A program made the translations under genes and the position numbers. Below the pieces are notes generated by a model. The model was given only the letters and a program-made list of their open reading frames with translations, was not told the DNA's origin and made no database searches. Positions 39,843-48,879 of a stretch of 64,000 nt of DNA are shown piece by piece (the first letter of the stretch is position 1; each line of letters starts with the position of its first letter). The stretch comes from Candidatus Doudnabacteria bacterium (GTDB taxonomy: Bacteria; Patescibacteriota; Doudnabacteria; UBA920): positions 510,305 through 574,304 of the forward strand of contig CAVYGQ010000001.1 in the NCBI GenBank assembly GCA_963768175.1, given 5' to 3'.

Positions 39843-40595
39843 TCACGGCCACAGTTTCCAAAAAGGATCCTTTTGCCAAAAGATATTTAATTCTTCCATA
39901 TCCTTGTAAGTATCCATGGCTTTCCAAGGGCCTTCATGCTCAAAAACACTTAATTCCCCTTTTTCAATCAAAGGTACAAAAGCTTCCTCTATCATGGAAT
40001 TCGGCTTCAAGTAATCAAAAAATTCCTTTTTAAAAACCATAAATCCGCCATTAATGTAATCTTGAGAAGGGATATGCCTGATCTCATTAACATTGTCCTT
40101 GTTCCGCGACATAGAAACAATGGTGACCTGGTGGAAACCTTTAATTTTTTTGGTAATGTCGTCCTTTTCAATTAACCCAAAACGGGTGGCCGGATGCACG
40201 CCCGTCAGAGTGCCGATGGTGTTTTGCCGGCGGTGAAAATCCAGAAGCCTTTTGATATCAATGTTTGCCACGCCGTCGCCATAGGTCACCATAAAATCTT
40301 CCTTATCCAAAAAAGCACTCAACCTCCTGATCCTCTCTCCTGTTAAGCTTTTTTGACCGGTATCCACGCACGCGACACTCCAGCCTTCTTCTTTATTGGC
40401 GTCAAAATAATCTTTAATCATTTCCCCTTTATAGCCCAGGGCCAAAATAAAATCCGTAAAACCGTAAGAAGCGTAAATTTTCATTATGTGCCATAAACTC
40501 GGCTTGCCGCCAACTTCCACCAATGGCTTTGGCTTAAATTCTGTTTCTTCCTTCAGGCGTGTGCCTTCGCCGCCGCACAAGATAATAACTTTCAT
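39843..40595 (-). CDS. rfbF: Glucose-1-phosphate cytidylyltransferase-like
   Basis: ILCGGEGTRLKEETEFKPKP, LWHIMK, TYGDGV, INGGF and W.AMDT..D motifs. Confidence 0.8.
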   Translation of the reverse strand: MKVIILCGGEGTRLKEETEFKPKPLVEVGGKPSLWHIMKIYASYGFTDFILALGYKGEMIKDYFDANKEEGWSVACVDTGQKSLTGERIRRLSAFLDKEDFMVTYGDGVANIDIKRLLDFHRRQNTIGTLTGVHPATRFGLIEKDDITKKIKGFHQVTIVSMSRNKDNVNEIRHIPSQDYINGGFMVFKKEFFDYLKPNSMIEEAFVPLIEKGELSVFEHEGPWKAMDTYKDMEELNIFWQKDPFWKLWP

Positions 40596-40681
40596 AAATT
40601 TAAAAATTAAGTGCCTGCCGTTTGTAAAATACTCCACCGTTTGCTTTAATCCTTGATCAAGCCCTACCGTCGGCCGCCAGT

Positions 40682-41542
40682 TTAAATATTTTTTGGCCTT
40701 GCCACTGTCCAGCCCAAGCGCATTAGTTCTCCCGGCCGGTCGGGCTCGTATTTTGGCCCAATGTCCGGCCGGCCAAGCAAAGCGGCAATTTTTTTATAAA
40801 CCGTATTCAAACTTGTTTCTTTGCCGGTGCTTAAATTAAATATCGGTACCACCCCTTTTTGAGGTTTATAATCCAAAACCATTAAATTAGCCCTGACGAC
40901 ATCACCGATATATAAATAGTCCCGCGTTTTTTTCCCGTCGCCGTAAATTGCCGCCTGTCGGCCGCTGTTTATTGAACGGATGTAATCGGCCATGGCCCCG
41001 CCCACCTGCCGCGGCCCGTAAGTCGTGGAATAACGGAAAATGACAAAATCCAAACCATAAGTCTTGCCGTAAAATTGCACATAATTTTCTACCGTGGCTT
41101 TGGAAATAATATAAGGGTTGTCCGGCAAAACGGGTTCGCTTTCTTTGGTCGGCAAATGTCTGGCATTGCCGTAAACAAAACTGGAAGAAGAAAACACGGC
41201 CTTTTTGGCGCCATAGCGCCGGCAGTATTCCAAAGTCTTTAGGCTGCCGGTAATGCTGCCGCAGTCATATAAAGGATCTTTAACGGATTTAGGCACGTTG
41301 GTGTTAAAACCAAGCATAAAAACAATTTCCGGTTTTTCCTTTTTAAAAACCCGCTCAAATTTTGGATCATTCATGTCCATTTTATAAAACACCGCTTTGG
41401 GATGAACGTTTTCGCGCCGGCCGGTGCTTAAATTATCTACGATGACGACTTTTGCCCCGCGTTCAACCAGCGCCGCCACCAAGTGCGAGCCAATGAATCC
41501 AGCCCCTCCGGTCACCATAATTTTTTTGCCTTTTAGGTCCAT
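40682..41542 (-). CDS. NAD-dependent epimerase (GalE-like); C-terminus continues in another frame
   Basis: TGGAGFIGSH, YIISK and GDGKKTRDY motifs; WRPTVGLDQGLKQT is found downstream in a shifted frame. Confidence 0.88.
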   Translation of the reverse strand: MDLKGKKIMVTGGAGFIGSHLVAALVERGAKVVIVDNLSTGRRENVHPKAVFYKMDMNDPKFERVFKKEKPEIVFMLGFNTNVPKSVKDPLYDCGSITGSLKTLEYCRRYGAKKAVFSSSSFVYGNARHLPTKESEPVLPDNPYIISKATVENYVQFYGKTYGLDFVIFRYSTTYGPRQVGGAMADYIRSINSGRQAAIYGDGKKTRDYLYIGDVVRANLMVLDYKPQKGVVPIFNLSTGKETSLNTVYKKIAALLGRPDIGPKYEPDRPGELMRLGWTVARPKNI

Positions 41543-42450
41543 AAATTATTTTTTTGATTTGCTAAAAAATGCGCCACACGCATCAATAACCAAAAAGGGT
41601 ACCTTAAACCAGTGTAAACCAGTTGCCAGCGGCTTTCCATAAATTCTTTGTAATGAGGGGCTAAACTTTGCAACAAAACCCATTGGCCGCTTTGCAACAC
41701 ATTTTCCAAATTGTATTTTTTTGCCCTATTATAATACCAAAAATCCAGCTTATAATATACCCCAAAGCGCAAGGCTATAACCGCGGCTTCAATCTCCTGC
41801 CAAGGCGCTTTGCCGGTGGAAAGCCCTAAGCCTTCGTCCAAATAATAACCTAAATTCCCGGGAGTCTTTTTGCCCTCCGCGGCCAGCGCCAGCCTGGCGG
41901 CGTAATCAAAATCCGCGCCGCTTTTAAACTGCTCGTCCCAGTAGCCGATTTTTTGGCACAGGCTTTTGCGCCACATATAAAACGGCCCCGCATACATAGA
42001 TTGCACAAAAGCCTTCCTGTTAAATTCCGGCACCGTGGCCTGCCTGCCTAAAGCGGCCTGCCATTTAATTACGACTATAAAATCACCGTAAGTAAAACCC
42101 ACACCCGAATTTTCGTCCAAAGTCTTTGTCATTTTTTCCAAAGAGTCGGCGGTGCGCAAATCATCCACGTTCCAAATGCAAACGTATTCCCCTAAAGCGG
42201 CTTTTATGGCGCGGTTGGTGGAAACGGCCAACGGCTCCTTGGGCACAACAATGTGGTTGATTAAATCCGGATGTCTTTGCCGGAACTGCCTGACTATTTC
42301 CAGCTCCTGCTGTGAAGGCTCGTTGTGCACCAGCACAATTTCCGTTTGGTCCGCAATGGTTTGCGCGGCGCAGTTCGCCAAAAACGCCGGCAAATATTTT
42401 TCTCCCTTATAGCAGGAAACAATGGCGCTGACCTTAATATGCTTTGTCAT
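41533..42450 (-). CDS. Glycosyltransferase family 2
   Basis: VSAIVSCYKGEKYL, NVDD and GADFD motifs. Confidence 0.85.
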   Translation of the reverse strand: MTKHIKVSAIVSCYKGEKYLPAFLANCAAQTIADQTEIVLVHNEPSQQELEIVRQFRQRHPDLINHIVVPKEPLAVSTNRAIKAALGEYVCIWNVDDLRTADSLEKMTKTLDENSGVGFTYGDFIVVIKWQAALGRQATVPEFNRKAFVQSMYAGPFYMWRKSLCQKIGYWDEQFKSGADFDYAARLALAAEGKKTPGNLGYYLDEGLGLSTGKAPWQEIEAAVIALRFGVYYKLDFWYYNRAKKYNLENVLQSGQWVLLQSLAPHYKEFMESRWQLVYTGLRYPFWLLMRVAHFLANQKNNLWT

Positions 42451-43273
42451 CGGGGGTATAAATTTTTTTGATGGGTCTTAAGGCTTTCCGTATAAAGTTA
42501 GCGGCTTTAGCGTGTTTATCCGCCCATTGGCGGGCTTTGTCGTAAAATCTCCGGTATGGCTGGCTGTCCAAATCTTTTTTTAAAGCATAAAATTTCCTGT
42601 GCCCAATACGGGACGATGCCAAAGCCGCGGCAAGAATGGGGTTTTCGTAAACTTTTTCTTTTTTATACCTCAATAAGCCAAATCCGTTGCCGTGGCACCA
42701 GGAAGTCAGGTCCCATTTTTCAAAAGGCAATTCCCGGAAGAGTTTGGCCTTGTCTTTTATGTAAATATCGTCAATTAAAATAAAAGCGCCGTCTTTAAGC
42801 AAAGGTTCGTAAACGTCGTATTCGTCTTTGACCTGCTGGTAAAAATGTACGGTGTCGGTAAAAAGAAAATCTATATCGTGCGGAATGTCGCCTTGATAAA
42901 TATTTAAATCCAGCGCGTCGCCCCAGACAAAACGCACCCGCGTGTCCTTGAATACCTCTTCAGGGACATAACGTTGGTCTTTATCTATATCAACTGTTGT
43001 GAGTTTGGCCTGCGGAGGCAGCTCGGAGTACATCATAACCGTGCTTATGCCGTAAGCGTTTCCCAGCTCCAAAATATTTTGGGGCTTAAAATACCGCACA
43101 AATAAAGGCAAAAACTGATAATAAAACCCACCCTGGCCCTGGACAATATAAGACATAACCAATTTATCGTCTTGCGCCAGCCTCAATAGGTTTAGCGGAA
43201 CTTGGTAACGCTTGCCTTCTATTTCGCCGCGGATTTTTTGCAATAGCTCCTGCACTTCCTGTTTTTCTAACAT
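42434..43273 (-). CDS. Class I SAM methyltransferase (Methyltransf_24-like)
   Basis: ILELG...GIST, DFLFTD..H and ILIDD motifs. Confidence 0.82.
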   Translation of the reverse strand: MLEKQEVQELLQKIRGEIEGKRYQVPLNLLRLAQDDKLVMSYIVQGQGGFYYQFLPLFVRYFKPQNILELGNAYGISTVMMYSELPPQAKLTTVDIDKDQRYVPEEVFKDTRVRFVWGDALDLNIYQGDIPHDIDFLFTDTVHFYQQVKDEYDVYEPLLKDGAFILIDDIYIKDKAKLFRELPFEKWDLTSWCHGNGFGLLRYKKEKVYENPILAAALASSRIGHRKFYALKKDLDSQPYRRFYDKARQWADKHAKAANFIRKALRPIKKIYTPDDKAY

Positions 43274-43288
43274 ATTTTTTTAAAAAAA

Positions 43289-44029
43289 TTAATGGCTCTT
43301 ATTTTTATCGGGAAAATTTAGCTTATTTTTATATTTTCTGTAAATCAAATACAAAGAAGGAGGATACCCCTTCAGCCGCGCCAGAAATTTTATAAAATCC
43401 TCTTCACTGTTTTTTTTATCTGTCAGATAATCCAAGACATCAATCCCCCCATGCTGGTAATTTTCAAAAAATCCAAAATCGCCTTCCCACAAAATTTTAA
43501 AAAACCTGGCGTCGCCTTGAGGCGGGGTATGATGGGCCAACCAAGGCAAATGAACCCAAGGATATTTAAATGTAAAGCGTATTTTACCTTCAAATAAATC
43601 CAAAATCCAATGGTGGTGCACCGCTCCAGCTAATTTTTTGGCTTCTATGCCATAAGAAGTTTCGTAAAGCCTGGACGGGGTTTCAATATACCCGGCCTTG
43701 CCAACGCGCAAAATTTCGCTGCAAACCCATATTGGGTCGCGAATATCTTCTAAGACATGGGAACAAATGACAAAATCAAAAAACTTGTCGGCAAAAGGAA
43801 ACGGCTTGCGGTCACAAATATCATGCTCAATCCAGGTTTCTTTGGTACATTTTAATTTATCCCCGCCCCAAATTTGGTTTCTGTTCATTTTTTCAAAGGT
43901 AACATAATCCATAATATAATCCGCGCGAGCGCAGGGAGCGGCCGCTCCGCCGACGTCTAAAATTTTAAAATCAGCCGGAAGATCCTTAACAATTTCGCTT
44001 TTATCTCTTTGGGTCGAATGTAAAGGCAT
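43289..44029 (-). CDS. Class I SAM methyltransferase (Methyltransf_11-like)
   Basis: ILDVGG, FDFVICSHVLED and GYIETPS motifs. Confidence 0.82.
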   Translation of the reverse strand: MPLHSTQRDKSEIVKDLPADFKILDVGGAAAPCARADYIMDYVTFEKMNRNQIWGGDKLKCTKETWIEHDICDRKPFPFADKFFDFVICSHVLEDIRDPIWVCSEILRVGKAGYIETPSRLYETSYGIEAKKLAGAVHHHWILDLFEGKIRFTFKYPWVHLPWLAHHTPPQGDARFFKILWEGDFGFFENYQHGGIDVLDYLTDKKNSEEDFIKFLARLKGYPPSLYLIYRKYKNKLNFPDKNKSH

Positions 44030-44078
44030 GAATTCTTGACTTTATCACAATAAAATTTTAATAATTATTTCAGTTTAG

Positions 44079-44936
44079 CTACTTTTTTGGTATGCTTGTG
44101 GCTGGCCGGTTTTTTGGCCAATACTCTTTTATAAACTTTTTTAAACGCAATATTAAACCAGGATCGGAAACGCCGGGCCAAAATTTCACCGGATGGGTAA
44201 AATCAAATTTATTCCTGAAAGGAACATATGTTGTATTGTCCAAAGAAATGCGAATAGAAAAATAAGACCTTAAATCTTTAGCTTCAATCCCATAGTACCG
44301 TAAAACCGTGTGAGGAATTTGCTCAGTACCTCCAACCGGAAATTGTTCTAGCTTTGTATCATCTAACAATAAAAGATTTTCCCTGCTGGTTGCTATAAAG
44401 TCACCATTGCCAGACAGGATAGTAGGGACACCCTCGAAAGAATAAGGAAAATTTTGTATAAGCACTTTCTCATAGGTTTTAAAAATTTTATCTTTAACGT
44501 CCCCTTCCGAGATATAATGCCTTAAAAACGGAAACAGATCTCTTGCGCTCTCTTTGCTTTTCATGCCTTTTTGCCAATTAGGAAATGGCTGGCCAATAAC
44601 GGCATATTCACCTGAACCAACAAGCTTGCTAATTTCATGGTCGGCCGGCTTAACTAAAACATCGTAATCGTGCGCTATCCAAAAATCTATTTCCGGATAT
44701 TTTTTTGCAGCATTCTTCCAGACCAAAAATTGTTGGCCTAAAATACTTCCATTTAACCCTTTACCTAAATAGGGAAAAAGTTTAAAATTCTCCGTCTCCA
44801 AAAACTGGCCGGCGTCAACCGTGGCCTGATTGTAAGCAATGACCAAAAAATCCGTGCGTCCGCCGGATAAATAATATTCCTTAATCGGCAAAATCAATTC
44901 CTGCCGGTGGGTTAAAATAAGCCTTCCTAGTTTCAT
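44079..44936 (-). CDS. Hypothetical protein, possible divergent GT-A glycosyltransferase
   Basis: 285-aa AT-rich ORF in the operon with a DYD (DxD) motif. Confidence 0.55.
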   Translation of the reverse strand: MKLGRLILTHRQELILPIKEYYLSGGRTDFLVIAYNQATVDAGQFLETENFKLFPYLGKGLNGSILGQQFLVWKNAAKKYPEIDFWIAHDYDVLVKPADHEISKLVGSGEYAVIGQPFPNWQKGMKSKESARDLFPFLRHYISEGDVKDKIFKTYEKVLIQNFPYSFEGVPTILSGNGDFIATSRENLLLLDDTKLEQFPVGGTEQIPHTVLRYYGIEAKDLRSYFSIRISLDNTTYVPFRNKFDFTHPVKFWPGVSDPGLILRLKKFIKEYWPKNRPATSIPKK

Positions 44937-44941
44937 AAAAA

Positions 44942-45685
44942 TTATTTAAGAGCCGCCATTTTAGCCTGGTCTTTGATAAAGCTTTCCAAGTCTTCCGGAG
45001 TGGCCCAGCCGAACATTTTTTCCGTCGCCACTTCAAAAATTTTTACTTTTTTATCCTGCAAAATTAACTCGTTGTAAACCGGGCAAATAAAAAATTCATT
45101 GTTGGAACGAATATCTTTTTTTATCATGTTTTCCGCGGCAACGACAAAATCACCACCATGCCTAAAATAGTAAATTCCCGCCGAAGCATTGTCGCTTATA
45201 GGGTCTTTCTCGGCCGTCTCCATTACCAAACCGTCTTTGCCAACTTTGGCAAACGACCATTTCGGGTGGGTAGATTTAAAGGTCAAAATCAGGCCGTCAA
45301 CGACTTGGGTTTGGGCTGTCTTTAAAAATTTATTTATGTCAAAATCCACATACTGGTCCGAACCCGCAACTACCAGCTCACCTTCGCCGTCAATAAATTC
45401 CTTGGCCAGCAAAACCGTACAAGCAGCGCCAGCCGTTGGGGCGTTCAGTACGACAACTTTGCAATTCGGCGCGATAATTTGGAGCATGGAGTTAAGCTTA
45501 TACTTTTCGTATAAATCCCTTAGGCAGACAAAAATAAAACGGTGCTCCGCTTTGGGAGTCAAGTTCCTGACCACCCACTCAATCATAGGGCGGCCATTGA
45601 TTTCAATGAGCGGCTTGGGGAAAGTATAGCCTTTTTCCGCAAATCTCTTTCCCGCGCCGGCCATGGGTATAATAATGTTGACCAT
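44942..45685 (-). CDS. NTP-transferase-fold protein (IPMAG subfamily)
   Basis: IIPMAGAGKRF...PKPLI, EKDPIS and EFFICPVYN motifs. Confidence 0.85.
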   Translation of the reverse strand: MVNIIIPMAGAGKRFAEKGYTFPKPLIEINGRPMIEWVVRNLTPKAEHRFIFVCLRDLYEKYKLNSMLQIIAPNCKVVVLNAPTAGAACTVLLAKEFIDGEGELVVAGSDQYVDFDINKFLKTAQTQVVDGLILTFKSTHPKWSFAKVGKDGLVMETAEKDPISDNASAGIYYFRHGGDFVVAAENMIKKDIRSNNEFFICPVYNELILQDKKVKIFEVATEKMFGWATPEDLESFIKDQAKMAALK

Positions 45686-45689
45686 AAAA

Positions 45690-46403
45690 TTAGGGTTTAA
45701 TTATATAAGCTGTAGGGCAATTGAAATCCAAAATACGGATTTGCACGTCTTTATTTTCAAAAAATTTGTCCACGCCCAAAGACTCTGACCACTGGTGATA
45801 GGCATACTCGTCGAACACCACCAACCCTCCCCGGCTGACTCTGGAATAAAAAGCTTCCAAGGCCTTTTGGGTCGGCTCGGCCAAATCCAAATCCAAATAT
45901 AATAAAGAAATTTTAAAACCCGGGCGTTTTGCCACGAATTCCGAAGCGGTTTTATTAATATCCCCCCTGACTAATTCGTAATCCGCCCCGGAAAAACCGG
46001 CAGATTCAATTTTTTCCCTGACCCAGGATTCCGCCCCGGCCTCGTGCTTAAAGTTCCTGTCTTCAAATAATTCCTTCATTCTAAGCTTGTCGGTACCTGA
46101 CAAAGATTTTACCAAACTGTCCGTGTCAAAAAAATCAAAACCAATGACCTTTTTCATGGAATTAGGAAACAAAAGTTTCTTTATTTTCAGCCACGACAGC
46201 ATGCCAGAACCTTTAAACACGCCGCATTCCACTATATCCCCGGGTACTTGCCGGGTTTGTTCGGCTAAAAGCGCGCGGGCCAAAAGCTTGCCTAAAACTT
46301 TTGTGTCGTCGCTAAAAATAAAATCGTTAAACGCGTCGTAAATTTTTTGGCTGGTATTAATGGCCGCTCTTTCGGCATTGATAAACTCACTTTGTTTGCT
46401 CAT
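45690..46403 (-). CDS. TylF/MycF/NovP-related O-methyltransferase
   Basis: PGDIVECGVFKG, GFDFF, LYLDLD and VFDEY motifs. Confidence 0.88.
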   Translation of the reverse strand: MSKQSEFINAERAAINTSQKIYDAFNDFIFSDDTKVLGKLLARALLAEQTRQVPGDIVECGVFKGSGMLSWLKIKKLLFPNSMKKVIGFDFFDTDSLVKSLSGTDKLRMKELFEDRNFKHEAGAESWVREKIESAGFSGADYELVRGDINKTASEFVAKRPGFKISLLYLDLDLAEPTQKALEAFYSRVSRGGLVVFDEYAYHQWSESLGVDKFFENKDVQIRILDFNCPTAYIIKP

Positions 46404-46419
46404 AAAAATAAGGTTAATG

Positions 46420-47241
46420 TTATGGCTGCCGTTTATGGCAATTGGCTAAAAAATAATCCAAATCTTCGGGCGTTCCCAAACCCCAGACTTCGGGCAGTAC
46501 GGCGGCCCGCAAGCGCATCCCTTTATTTAACAAACGCTGGTAAAGCGGCGCGATGTAAAATTCCCCTTTGCCGGAAGAACCGCTGGTTTCATTTTTTGCC
46601 ATGACTTGTTCCGCTTCCCGCAAAAAATATTTGGCCTTAAAAAAATAATAAGCCCCAATGTTGGCCGGCGCGCCTTTTTTCATCAGCTCCGGATCCTTTT
46701 CGCCCACCTGGATAATTTCATCCGTGCCGGGCTTCAGCAAAGAATAGCTCCACCTGGCAATGCCGTCGTTGGGCGGAGTAAACACGGGAATAATACCCGC
46801 GTTTTCTTTGAACTGGTTAATAATTGCCTGCCCTAGAATTGAGCCGTCAAAATAATGGTCCGAATCGGAAAATATCACGTCTTCCTCGGGATCCAAAAAC
46901 GGCTTTGCCTGATAGGCGGTTTCCGCCGCCCCGCGGGTGACTTGCGGCAAAACAATGACATTTACGTCCCACGAATAAATTTCCTTAAGTCTCTTTTCTA
47001 TTTGGTAGTTATCGTTATGTTCTTTTAAAATAATAAAAATTATGTCTTTGGGTGCCACCTTCAAGACGCCGTTGACGGTTTGCCCGGGATGCTCTACAAA
47101 CGGCAAAGAACCCGTAGCCCACCTGACCATCGGGAAACCTCTGATATTAATAAAAGGCTTGGGTTTGCTGTATTCGGGGTTTTTATCCGCCACTCTGGCG
47201 AATCTGGTTCCCAAACCGGCCATGGGTATAACCAATTTCAT
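46420..47241 (-). CDS. NTP-transferase-fold protein (IPMAG subfamily, second paralog)
   Basis: VIPMAGLGTRF, PKP, GEFYIAPLY and LGTPEDL motifs. Confidence 0.85.
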   Translation of the reverse strand: MKLVIPMAGLGTRFARVADKNPEYSKPKPFINIRGFPMVRWATGSLPFVEHPGQTVNGVLKVAPKDIIFIILKEHNDNYQIEKRLKEIYSWDVNVIVLPQVTRGAAETAYQAKPFLDPEEDVIFSDSDHYFDGSILGQAIINQFKENAGIIPVFTPPNDGIARWSYSLLKPGTDEIIQVGEKDPELMKKGAPANIGAYYFFKAKYFLREAEQVMAKNETSGSSGKGEFYIAPLYQRLLNKGMRLRAAVLPEVWGLGTPEDLDYFLANCHKRQP

Positions 47242-47245
47242 AAAT

Positions 47246-47569
47246 TTATCCGATTAAATGTTTATCATCCGGTACCGACGGAATTTTTATGACCACGGTC
47301 GCCCCTGATTGCAAACACTTAAAATCCGCCGGCTCACCGGGAGGCAAGTCAACAATGTCACCCTGCCCCAATTCCTTATTGTTCATCAAAAATTTTCCGT
47401 TGACTATGGCCGTAATTTCGCGGGCAATCTTGTGGACATGTTTCTTTTCGGTATCGCCGGAACGATAATCTTTTATGGCTACCTCAAAGCCTTCGTTTTT
47501 ATAAAGCGAGGGAACAAAATTCCCGACCAGCCAGCCTTTGGTAAAATTTTCCAAACGGTTAATTTGCAT
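47246..47569 (-). CDS. Small cupin-fold protein
   Basis: KGWLVGNF.P, HVHK...E and KIPSVPDDK motifs. Confidence 0.75.
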   Translation of the reverse strand: MQINRLENFTKGWLVGNFVPSLYKNEGFEVAIKDYRSGDTEKKHVHKIAREITAIVNGKFLMNNKELGQGDIVDLPPGEPADFKCLQSGATVVIKIPSVPDDKHLIG

Positions 47570-47570
47570 A

Positions 47571-48188
47571 TTAAAACAAATGGGGCAGATGATTTTTAAA
47601 AATATACAGGTTCACGTCATTGGCATTATCCACGACAATAACCTTTGCTCCCGAAGCTTTCGCGGCCGCAACTCCGTGCGGCGCGTCTTCCACTATGATT
47701 GTTTCTTTCGGTAAAACGTGCAACTTTTTCATAGCGGTAAGATATATTTCCGGATGGGGCTTATTGTGCTTAACATCCTGATTGGAAAGCAATAAATCAA
47801 AATAATCTTTTAACAGGGCATTTTGGAGCATAACTTCCACGGTTTCGCGTATAGAGTTGGAACATACGCCAAGTTTAATGCCGGCTTTTTTAAGACATTT
47901 TAGCATGAGCTGCTTGTCAAAAGACGGCCTGGTGTTGACAAAAAGGGCACGGCGCGTATTTTGTTGCTTAAGATCATAAATTAACTTGTGCAGAGCCTGC
48001 GGGAAACCCTTGTCTTGGGTCAATTTCTCCAGCTTGGTGTAGGTTGGCAAACCGTTATAAAAAGCCTCGTGCTCTTTGCGGCTGATGGCAAAACCAAAAA
48101 TCTCCAAAGCCCGATTTAAAGCCTCGTAGTGCCACTCTCGGGCATCCACCAAAACCCCGTCTAAATCAAAAAGTATCGCTTTTATCAT
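47571..48188 (-). CDS. HAD-IA phosphatase (beta-phosphoglucomutase-like)
   Basis: FDLDGVL, SNS, KPHPEIY and EDAPHG motifs. Confidence 0.88.
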   Translation of the reverse strand: MIKAILFDLDGVLVDAREWHYEALNRALEIFGFAISRKEHEAFYNGLPTYTKLEKLTQDKGFPQALHKLIYDLKQQNTRRALFVNTRPSFDKQLMLKCLKKAGIKLGVCSNSIRETVEVMLQNALLKDYFDLLLSNQDVKHNKPHPEIYLTAMKKLHVLPKETIIVEDAPHGVAAAKASGAKVIVVDNANDVNLYIFKNHLPHLF

Positions 48189-48197
48189 AATCTATGT

Positions 48198-48872
48198 TCA
48201 TTTTGACAAAATTCCCTTTAGCAGTAAAGGGTAATCCGTGCAAATGCCGTCAGCCTGCCAAAAGATAAAATCCTGCCAACGCTTTTGCGTATCCTCCAAA
48301 GAAAAATTATGCAAGTCAGGCGAAATGCAATAAACAAGCCTGCCGGCCTCCTTTAATTCTTTTAAGTCCTGCCGCTTGCTCCAAAAAGAATCAAACTCGT
48401 CCAGCCAAATAATTCTGGATTCCTTAACTTCTAAAGCCCTCAAAACAGTCTCGTTACGATCGCTGACCCGAACGGCACACTCCAGCTCGGGAGCGAGCTG
48501 ATGAATACGGTCAATATAATTTTGGGGGTCCGCGCCCAAAACTTCAAGATCAAAATCAAACAAAAAAACGTTGCTTAACACCCCTTGGATTTTTAAAAAT
48601 TCAACCAAATCCTGCTCGTAGCCAAGTTCTTTAATATTTAGGGCAATTTCACAGAATTGTTCTTTCCAAATTTTAGTGTGCTCTAGGGCATCATGTTCCG
48701 CATCCGGCTTGCGCCTCGGGTCGTGGGAAATGTAAAATTCACCGGAAGGAAGCCGGCGAATATCGGTTTCAAAAAACCGGCAATTCCCCACAGCTCGCCT
48801 AAGCTGGCTCAAAGTATTTTCTGCCAACTCATTTTTCCCATCAAGTAAGTAGCGGTGACTGATAATTTCCAT
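48198..48872 (-). CDS. Glycerophosphodiester phosphodiesterase-like (PLC-like TIM barrel)
   Basis: ISHR, EN, ETD, SHD, NIKE and GICTDYP motifs. Confidence 0.75.
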   Translation of the reverse strand: MEIISHRYLLDGKNELAENTLSQLRRAVGNCRFFETDIRRLPSGEFYISHDPRRKPDAEHDALEHTKIWKEQFCEIALNIKELGYEQDLVEFLKIQGVLSNVFLFDFDLEVLGADPQNYIDRIHQLAPELECAVRVSDRNETVLRALEVKESRIIWLDEFDSFWSKRQDLKELKEAGRLVYCISPDLHNFSLEDTQKRWQDFIFWQADGICTDYPLLLKGILSK

Positions 48873-48879
48873 ATTTGCT

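Noticed and set aside
39843-41542. Epimerase-RfbF fusion implied by the shifted C-terminal frame
   Set aside because: It depends on uncertain indels near 40600-40720; separate genes are more parsimonious.
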